38,743 bases of DNA, from the NCBI GenBank assembly GCA_903930015.1, contig CAIYXB010000193.1, forward strand, positions 1 to 38,743, in the 5' to 3' direction. Positions 1-7,395 of this stretch are shown here, one piece after another. The DNA is from an uncultured bacterium. GTDB lineage: Bacteria > Cyanobacteriota > Vampirovibrionia > LMEP-6097. Positions within the stretch are counted from its first letter, which is position 1; each line of letters begins with the position of its first letter. A program made the position numbers and the translations under genes. The notes under the pieces were generated by a model. The model searched no databases, was not told the DNA's origin, and was given only the letters and a program-made list of their open reading frames with translations.

Positions 1-45
1 ATTGTCTTTGATTGTTTTTACGGGCGCAGATTTTTCCAAAGCCAT
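1..45 (-). CDS. Possible 5' end of a gene running off the left edge (MALEKSAPVKNNQRQ...)
   Basis: ATG at 45-43 with an open frame to the window edge, facing a ~350 bp AT-rich divergent intergenic region. Only 15 codons are visible. Confidence 0.35.
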   Translation of the reverse strand, partial: MALEKSAPVKTIKDN

Positions 46-400
46 ATCTTAGAAATACACAGAAGCGTTAGTACTTATTTGGCTTTGGAACTGCGCCCTT
101 TAAGGGCAAATTTTTAACTATAGATTAACAAAACACTGGTTTTTCTAAGAAATAAAGATAAATTAACTTTACTTATTTTAATCTTTTTGTTATAATTGTA
201 ACCAAATTAGAAACTGTTAATTTAAATGAAAAAGCCTTGATTTATAGGGCTTTTTGGGATTTTACTCCATTTTTAACAAAATAGCTGGTTTCAGGGGGTA
301 TATGGATATGACGAGGATTAAGTCTAATCCACAAAAAGCAAAATTTCTTATCAAATATCAATAAGACAAGGCTTTGTAAGGGTTAGGAGAATGATATCAA

Positions 401-835
401 ATGACATTTGATGGGATACGACGAATATTTTTACAAAAATTGGGTGATGTCCGTCAAGGCGAGGCAGCCTCAAGAAAAGGTATTGAAGAAAAAAGTCCAC
501 TAAGTGGATTTTCACAAGCTTCTAAATATTCAAAACCAGATGGTTTTACTAGTAATCGACAAACTGGTGAAGCTTTAGCTGGTCAAGTTCATGCACATCA
601 CGTTAATCCTGGAATAACAGCTAAAATCCATTCTGCAAATAGTACAAGGGGTCAAAAAGCTTTAGCTGATTTGTGGGAAAGAAGTGACTCAAGGATATTA
701 GGTTTAAGTATTCAGGGAGGAGATTCTGAAGCTGGCAAGGTTAGTTTAGGAACTAGTGTTAATTCTCGTCAAGGACACAATGATCTTGCAAATTTATTTA
801 AGGCAGCTGATGCTAGGTTTGATCAAGCAGCATAA
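401..835 (+). CDS. Hypothetical protein with an internal 19-aa repeat, C-terminus QAA
   Basis: 144-aa ORF with SD-like AGGAGA upstream; no family recognised. Confidence 0.75.
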   Translation: MTFDGIRRIFLQKLGDVRQGEAASRKGIEEKSPLSGFSQASKYSKPDGFTSNRQTGEALAGQVHAHHVNPGITAKIHSANSTRGQKALADLWERSDSRILGLSIQGGDSEAGKVSLGTSVNSRQGHNDLANLFKAADARFDQAA

Positions 836-906
836 ATCTTTTAAATCAATTATCAAAACATATAAGTAAAAAACTTTATATAACTAACAAGGGAGTTAGA
901 TTTTAA

Positions 907-1548
907 ATGAGTAGTATTAGCGGCAATAATGGAATAAGCGGAAGTGGATCAATTGGTGATATTCCTTTACATAATGCAGCTTCAAAACTTGAGCCAAAAG
1001 AAGTAGCTGCAGGAAGTGGAAAAGCAGGTAATGCAAATCCAGCCTTAGGTGCTTTTGCACAAATTATAGTTTCAAATGCTGTTGATCAGCAAGGTAAAGT
1101 TATCCATCGAGATAATTTATCTAATTTATTTAATGCAGTTACCCTTGTTGATGCAGTGGTGTCTGATATTGCTCCAAATGCAACTGAGGCTGAGCAATTA
1201 GGTATTTATGAAGCAATAGTAGGAGCAGAACTTAAACCTAGTCAGCAAGCTGGCTCTATTACGCAGAATTTAATTTCAGCTGAAGAGCAACCTAATGCTC
1301 GTGGTTTAAGTAACTTGATGCAAGCAATTTCTAGTCCTATAGATGTTAATCAAAGCGTTGCTTTACCAAAAGCAAGAAATTTATCAAATGATTCGGTTTG
1401 GAGTGTTACAACAGCTGACCAACAGCTTATGACAGATGTCTTAGCTGGATTGAGTGGTTCTGAGAAACAAGTAAGTTTAGCTCCAAAAGCTATTTCTGAT
1501 GAAGCTATGCGTAAAGCTCCAGGTGTTAATAAATCACAAGCGGCATAA
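907..1548 (+). CDS. Hypothetical protein with Ser/Gly/Asn-rich N-terminus, C-terminus QAA
   Basis: 213-aa ORF with SD-like GGGAG upstream; no family recognised. Confidence 0.8.
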   Translation: MSSISGNNGISGSGSIGDIPLHNAASKLEPKEVAAGSGKAGNANPALGAFAQIIVSNAVDQQGKVIHRDNLSNLFNAVTLVDAVVSDIAPNATEAEQLGIYEAIVGAELKPSQQAGSITQNLISAEEQPNARGLSNLMQAISSPIDVNQSVALPKARNLSNDSVWSVTTADQQLMTDVLAGLSGSEKQVSLAPKAISDEAMRKAPGVNKSQAA

Positions 1549-1583
1549 GAAATAAAAATTTTTAAACGTACTATTCCAATAGA

Positions 1584-1620
1584 AATGGATCACTTCGTCG
1601 TTTCACTCCTCGTGATGACG
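1584..1620. repeat. REP/RPE-like element copy overlapping the rarA stop codon
   Basis: Reverse complement cgtcatcacgaggagtgaaacgacgaagtgatccatt matches the two ends of the element at 2864-3031 (13/14 and 13/16 identities). It resembles the widespread GTCATTGCGAGG..CGACGTGGCAATCC repeat type. Confidence 0.7.
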
Positions 1621-2856
1621 GTAATATTTCTTATTAACTAACTCATCAGGTAAATATTGTTGTTCTACATGAGCACCAGGATAATCATGGGGATATTTGT
1701 ACTGGGTGTTTGGATTAATACCAACATTATCAGATTTAGCAGGGCATGATTGAGTGTAAACACCAGATCCCTCTCCCATATTTTCACTCACTTGAATATT
1801 TCTTAAGTGCTGTGGCACGCTATAAGGTGGATGGTTCAAACAGTCTCGCATTGCCTTGTCTAATGCTTTATAGGCGTGATTGGATTTAGGTGCTTTTGCT
1901 ATATAGACAACAGCTTGTGCAAGTGGGATTCGTGCTTCTGGCATACCAAGTTTGATAGCAGCTTCAAAAGCAGAATTTGCAATTACCAGTGCTTGAGGAT
2001 CTGCTATTCCAACATCTTCTGCTGCAGTTACAAGTATTCTTCGGGCAACTGATTTTAATTCTGCTCCTTGAGATAAAAGTCTTGCAAGCCAATAGATTGA
2101 TGCATCAACATCACTACCGCGCATTGATTTTTGCAAAGCTGAAATGCAGTCATAGTAAGAGTTTGGATCACCAGCAAAAAGTTTTTTGCCGAGCATTTGT
2201 TGGGTTTTTTCGTTTTCGATAATATCATCAGAATTGCTTACTAAAAGTTCTAGGTTGGTAAAAAGTGCACGCGCATCTCCAAAAGCTGATTTTATTAGGT
2301 GATCACGAGCTTCTTGCTCAATGGTTTTTTCTTCTATTTGTAGTGCCTTATCAATAAGCTTACTAAGTTCATTATAGCTATGTGCCTTGAGTTCAAATTT
2401 AATTGTTCTTGATAGCAGTGCCCTGTTAATTGAGATAGCAGGATTTTCGGTTGTTGCTCCAATAAAAGTCAGTATGCCCTTTTCAACAGCGTTTAGTAAA
2501 ATATCTTGCTGGCTTTTATTGAAATTATGAACCTCGTCAACAAAAAGTAAAATACTATTTGGGATTTTTTGTGCTCTTTCAATAATCTCTCTTAGATCTT
2601 TAACCCCAGAATTAAAGGCCTGAAGCTTGATAAAAGTACGACTAGTTTTTTTTGCAGCAAGTTCAGCAATCGAGGTTTTGCCAGTTCCTGGCGGACCCCA
2701 GAGTATGCAGGATTGTTTTGCGCCGTTTTCAAGCCAATTAATAAAAGCAGGATTTGTTTTAATTGAACCTATAAGATCCTCAATAGATGTAGGTCTCATT
2801 TTTTCAGCTAGGGGTGAAAAGTTTTGTGCTTGAGTATAAAAAAGACTATCTTGCAT
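1603..2856 (-). CDS. rarA: Replication-associated recombination protein A (RarA/MgsA AAA+ ATPase)
   Basis: PLAEKMRP, Walker A GPPGTGKT, Walker B LFVDEVH, GATTENP, SALQKSMRGSD, EDVGIADP, GMPEARIPLAQA, YKYPHDYP..VEQQYLP. Confidence 0.95.
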   Translation of the reverse strand: MQDSLFYTQAQNFSPLAEKMRPTSIEDLIGSIKTNPAFINWLENGAKQSCILWGPPGTGKTSIAELAAKKTSRTFIKLQAFNSGVKDLREIIERAQKIPNSILLFVDEVHNFNKSQQDILLNAVEKGILTFIGATTENPAISINRALLSRTIKFELKAHSYNELSKLIDKALQIEEKTIEQEARDHLIKSAFGDARALFTNLELLVSNSDDIIENEKTQQMLGKKLFAGDPNSYYDCISALQKSMRGSDVDASIYWLARLLSQGAELKSVARRILVTAAEDVGIADPQALVIANSAFEAAIKLGMPEARIPLAQAVVYIAKAPKSNHAYKALDKAMRDCLNHPPYSVPQHLRNIQVSENMGEGSGVYTQSCPAKSDNVGINPNTQYKYPHDYPGAHVEQQYLPDELVNKKYYRHHEE

Positions 2857-2863
2857 TTTTTCA

Positions 2864-3031
2864 CGTCATCTCGAGGATTTCAGAGGTCGTAGTGACCTGA
2901 AATATTAAGCATTTATCTCTTGACCCTCTGTGAGCTGCGAAGCAGCGAGTATGCTGAATCTAGCGTAAAGAAAATGCGTAGCATTTTTAGCGACAGGATA
3001 TTCTTTTGTTAGTGCGACGTGGCGATCCATT
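2864..3031. repeat. Composite palindromic element: REP-like ends with a ~137 bp nested insert carrying three mini-hairpins
   Basis: Ends cgtcatctcgagga (2864-2877) and cgacgtggcgatccatt (3015-3031). Internal hairpins at 2877-2903, gctgcGAAgcagc (2934-2946) and aaaatgcGTAgcatttt (2971-2987). Confidence 0.7.
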
Positions 3032-3126
3032 CCAAGTATTCATTCTATCATTAAGTGCTCTCACCTAGGCTAAAAACTAATCTAGGATTTAACTGTAATT
3101 TAATTTGAGCTTGTTTAATTGGGTTC

Positions 3127-4035
3127 TTGATGCGTCCAATTGATTCAATTAAAATTAATCATCTTAAAGACCCTTCTTTAAATGATCTTAGGCAAGATAA
3201 AGATCAAAAGCAAAATCATATTGATGCTATAAAAAATAAAATATCAAGCATTGGTGTTGAAAGAGAAGATTGTGATTGTTCGCATAATAAAGATAGATCA
3301 AGTGATTTTTTTGATATTTTTAGGCAAGTGAAAAAAGGATTTATGAATATCATTAATATCTTCCATCAAGCAGGGGACATTGATAAAGATGATTATAAAG
3401 AAAAAAAATCTGGTGCTAAAGAATTTTTTCAGGAGTTTGGTAGTAATGTAAAAAAGATGTTTTTAAATATAGCCCAAAGAGATTTAGAATCCCAGCTTGA
3501 ATATATTGATTCCAAAATAGCTGGAACCCAATCAAGTACAGAGGTTAATGATGCCAATACTCAAGAAAAAAAAATTCAAGAAGAAGATAAAGTCGGTAAG
3601 GGTAGAAATTTACAATTAACTTTAACAAGTACTTTAAAGTTTAATAACTTAGGTAATTCTCTTCTCAATCTTTTAAATAAGCTAGATCCTTTTCAATCAC
3701 CCGACGAGGTGGATTCTGCTCAAAAGCAAACTTTGGCAGAAGGGATTAATAATACTCATGCAAAGACCCGTGAATTGATACTTTCTCTTGATCCAAGTCT
3801 TAAAGAAGATCTTGATACTATTGACAAAAAAGTAGAAGCTAATCCAGATAAAAAAGAAGCTTATTTAAATTACTCAGTTGCTATGATACCGATTGATATT
3901 GCAAGTAAAGCTATTGATGTTGTAAATAATGAAAGGGAAGGTTATCAAGAACTTGCAAATAAAGATAGAAAGAGCTTAAGTGCAGACATGTTGGATTTTT
4001 ATGAGTATCTCTCTAATTTAAAGCAAAACCTATGA
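3127..4035 (+). CDS. Hypothetical protein (charged, helical; start probably ATG 3130)
   Basis: 302-aa ORF filling the gap between rarA and glpK; no family recognised. Confidence 0.75.
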   Translation: MMRPIDSIKINHLKDPSLNDLRQDKDQKQNHIDAIKNKISSIGVEREDCDCSHNKDRSSDFFDIFRQVKKGFMNIINIFHQAGDIDKDDYKEKKSGAKEFFQEFGSNVKKMFLNIAQRDLESQLEYIDSKIAGTQSSTEVNDANTQEKKIQEEDKVGKGRNLQLTLTSTLKFNNLGNSLLNLLNKLDPFQSPDEVDSAQKQTLAEGINNTHAKTRELILSLDPSLKEDLDTIDKKVEANPDKKEAYLNYSVAMIPIDIASKAIDVVNNEREGYQELANKDRKSLSADMLDFYEYLSNLKQNL

Positions 4036-4041
4036 TATTAC

Positions 4042-5601
4042 TCAAGTGTTTAAAAGTAACTTCAAATATTTTTTCCATTCTATATAAAAACCTTCTAAAT
4101 TATTTTTAGGCTCAAACTCTTTATCTAATTCTAAATTTAGATCAACAAGCCCAGTCATTTTAGCTGCGCCAAGTGCTGTCATCTCAGATTCTTTATAGCG
4201 CTTAATTGGTATTTGTAATAAGTCAGCTTGAAATTGTATTAAGGTGTCATTCTTACTTGCTCCACCATCAACGTTAATTGATTTTAGTTCTTTTCTAAGT
4301 TCTGGATCAAGTGCTTCAAAAACATCACGTACTCTAAATGCAATTGATTCAAGTGCTGCCCTTGCAATATGGGCTTTATTTGTACCACGAGTAATACCAA
4401 AGATACTGCCTTTCACATCACTTCGCCAAAATGGAGCACCAAGTCCCGCTAATGCTGGAATTAAATAGACACCCGCATTATCGGTTACTTTATTTGCTAG
4501 TGCTTCAATCTCATTTGAGGATTGAATTATATTCATTTCATCACGGAGCCATTGGACTATTGATCCACCTATAAAAATACTACCTTCTAGTTCGTATGCT
4601 TTAAGACCTTCTTTTGTAAAAGCAATACTTTGAACTAAACCTAAATTTGTCTCATCATTCTCAATAAAAATATTTTCTCTTTCATTTGTCCCTAGTGAAG
4701 ATCTTTCATCGCTAATAAAATTACTAAAACTTCCCTGGGCTTCATCTTTTTTGTCTTTGGTTTTCCCTGGAATCAATACAAAAGTACCTGTCCCGTAAGT
4801 GATCTTCGCTTCGTGATTATAAGCATAAAGAGCGGCTTGTTGATCCCCAATGACAGCTTTGATTGGTAATTCTTTATCAAGCAAATCTTTAAATAGTGGG
4901 CTTGAATCAAAGTCAGAATTTGAATTTTTTACTTCAGGTAAAATTTCTTTTGGAATTTTAAAATAATTTAGTAGCTTTTGGTCCCAAGTATCCTCATGAA
5001 TATCGTAAAGCATAGTCCTAGAAGCGTTTGAGCTATCTGTGGCATGTTCTCTACCAAGTGTTAAATTCCAGATTAGCCAAGTATCAATAGTGCCAAACAT
5101 TAATTCACCAGGACTCAATTTTTCTAAATTGATGTTTTGAGCTTTGTTTTCTAGCAGCCATTTGATTTTGGTAGCTGAAAAATATGCATCGATCTGTAAG
5201 CCAGTTTTTGCTTTAACATATGTTTTTAAATCAATATTTTTTTCAAGCTTTTGTGTTTCAAGTTTACTGCAATATTCTGAGGTTCTTCTACATTGCCATA
5301 CAATTGCGTTGTAGATTGGCTTTCCAGTTTTAGGATCCCATATGATAGTAGTTTCGCGTTGATTAGTTATCGCGATCCCTTGAAAATCTTCTTTTTTAAT
5401 ACCAGAGGCTAGAGCTTCTTTGATTAATTCTCTGATGCAGTCAAGGGTTTTTTGCCAAATTTCAATTGCATCATGTTCTACCCATGATGGGTTTGGGTAA
5501 ATTTGTGTAATCTCTTTTTGTTTTGTTAAAAGTATTTTACCCTTATTATCAATTAAAAGGGCTCTTGTGCTGGTAGTTCCTTCGTCTATAGTAATTATCA
5601 C
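4042..5601 (-). CDS. glpK: Glycerol kinase
   Basis: IDEGTTSTRA, WVEHDA, ITNQRETT, YNAIVWQCRRT, DAYFSATKIKWLL, TDSSNASRTML, GDQQAAL, TYGTG, LEGSIF, DGGA. GTG start abuts the glpD stop. Confidence 0.95.
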   Translation of the reverse strand: MIITIDEGTTSTRALLIDNKGKILLTKQKEITQIYPNPSWVEHDAIEIWQKTLDCIRELIKEALASGIKKEDFQGIAITNQRETTIIWDPKTGKPIYNAIVWQCRRTSEYCSKLETQKLEKNIDLKTYVKAKTGLQIDAYFSATKIKWLLENKAQNINLEKLSPGELMFGTIDTWLIWNLTLGREHATDSSNASRTMLYDIHEDTWDQKLLNYFKIPKEILPEVKNSNSDFDSSPLFKDLLDKELPIKAVIGDQQAALYAYNHEAKITYGTGTFVLIPGKTKDKKDEAQGSFSNFISDERSSLGTNERENIFIENDETNLGLVQSIAFTKEGLKAYELEGSIFIGGSIVQWLRDEMNIIQSSNEIEALANKVTDNAGVYLIPALAGLGAPFWRSDVKGSIFGITRGTNKAHIARAALESIAFRVRDVFEALDPELRKELKSINVDGGASKNDTLIQFQADLLQIPIKRYKESEMTALGAAKMTGLVDLNLELDKEFEPKNNLEGFYIEWKKYLKLLLNT

Positions 5602-7317
5602 TTAGACACCTTCACCAATTGAAATTCCGGTAAATAAATAACTTTGAAAAAACCTATCTCTATGTCTACCAGCAAGATCAAATTCTTCATTGATATGGTA
5701 TTGAATTGTTTTTATAACTTCACTTGGTTTTCTGTTTGAGCAAAGCCCGATTGAAAGTCTTCTTTTTAAAATATCATCAATACTGTAGGCTTTTTCATTT
5801 CTTATTGCATAGATAATTTGAGCTTCTATATCTGCAAACTCAGGATCTATTTTTTCTTTAAGTAATGGGTTTTCTTTACAGAGTTCAAGGACATCTTTTG
5901 CATTTGAGCCATACAGTAAAATCAAGTGTATAACAGAGCTTGCTTCAACATCATATTCTCTTGATAGTTTTATGGTTTCATCGCGAATGAAATCATAAAA
6001 ACTCTTGTCTTTTGGAAATTGAGCATTAATCGTTTTAGTTTGATCTGTTTTACAGGCTCTATCAGAGAACATATTTACAATTTCAGCAGCTAGGCTTCTA
6101 AAGGTTGTTAGTTTGCCACCAACAACAGAATAGTAATTCTGGATTTTTTCTTCGGTATAATTTATTACAAAATGCTTTCTTGACACTTTACCAGCTTTTT
6201 TGTTTGAATCGGTTTTAGGTAAGGGTCTTACGCCAATAAATGTATTTAAAATATCTTCTCTTGAAAGCTGAGCTTCAGGGAAAAGAAGGTTAGTTTCATC
6301 TAATAGATAATCAATTTCTCTTTCGCTGACCTTCAAATCATCTAAATTATCAGCTTTTGATAAATAAATATCAGTAGTGCCGATCATAAATAATTCATCA
6401 TTACCGCCAACTTGAAAAGGTGTAATAAAAAAAGGTCTGCCATCGGACTTAGCTTCATTGTAAATTCCAAAATTAACAGGTGCTCCTGCAAATCTTTTAA
6501 CGATAATATGGCTTCCCTTAGTACCACCAATACGTTTCTCTAAATTGAATTTCCCTGGGTTTTTAATTGCAGATTCACTTTGGTCTTTAAAGCGCAGGTT
6601 CACTTCATCGACCCAAGGTCCAGCCATATTGATTATATTTTTTGCATGGACAGTAAAGGGTCTTTTGCCATTAATAATATCTTTGAATCTAATTGCTTGT
6701 GCGTGGTACTCACCATGAATCTGTGTGCAGTATATGTCAGTTACCTCTGCGTGATTAATACAAACGGCACCATCTTTTTCAGCTGTTAAAATATTTTCTA
6801 AAACCAATCTTTCTGCAAAAGTTACTTGACCATCTTGGTAATAAACCCCTCCATAAAGATCTTCTTCTTTGAGCTTGACATTAAGTTCAGTTATTGTCTC
6901 TAAATTATAACTTTTGTAGTTATCTAGGCTCTTTTTAGGTGAAAACCAATCATAGAGCCACATGCCAATTTTGAGTTTCCATAATGGATTTTTATTACCA
7001 TGATAAGCAGGTATTAGTAAACCAAGTGGGCTTACTAAATGTGGGTAGTTTTTTAAAAGAATTTCTCTTTCTTGTAAACTTTCATAAACTAGAGAAAATT
7101 CAAAGTGTTCTAAATATCGAAGACCACCGTGAATCAATCTTGTTGAGTGAGCACTACAGCCCCAAGCAAAATCTTTTTTTTCAAGTAAAATTACCTTAAG
7201 CCCGCGAGCGGCAGCATCTCTAGCAACACCAGCACCATTAATGCCACCACCTATTATGGCTAAATCAAAAGTTTGCTCTAAATTATAATTATCTAGTCTA
7301 AGTTCAAGTCTAGTCAT
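5602..7317 (-). CDS. glpD: FAD-dependent glycerol-3-phosphate dehydrogenase
   Basis: DLAIIGGGINGAGVARDAAARGL, STRLIHGGLRYLE, GPWVD, TKGSHI, IGTTD, GVRPL, GGKLTTFR. Confidence 0.95.
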   Translation of the reverse strand: MTRLELRLDNYNLEQTFDLAIIGGGINGAGVARDAAARGLKVILLEKKDFAWGCSAHSTRLIHGGLRYLEHFEFSLVYESLQEREILLKNYPHLVSPLGLLIPAYHGNKNPLWKLKIGMWLYDWFSPKKSLDNYKSYNLETITELNVKLKEEDLYGGVYYQDGQVTFAERLVLENILTAEKDGAVCINHAEVTDIYCTQIHGEYHAQAIRFKDIINGKRPFTVHAKNIINMAGPWVDEVNLRFKDQSESAIKNPGKFNLEKRIGGTKGSHIIVKRFAGAPVNFGIYNEAKSDGRPFFITPFQVGGNDELFMIGTTDIYLSKADNLDDLKVSEREIDYLLDETNLLFPEAQLSREDILNTFIGVRPLPKTDSNKKAGKVSRKHFVINYTEEKIQNYYSVVGGKLTTFRSLAAEIVNMFSDRACKTDQTKTINAQFPKDKSFYDFIRDETIKLSREYDVEASSVIHLILLYGSNAKDVLELCKENPLLKEKIDPEFADIEAQIIYAIRNEKAYSIDDILKRRLSIGLCSNRKPSEVIKTIQYHINEEFDLAGRHRDRFFQSYLFTGISIGEGV

Positions 7318-7395
7318 ATTGTTTAGATAGCAACTTATTTAAGAGGCTAAATATGTATATAATATTCCCCAAGCAGGCACTATTTTCATCAGAAA

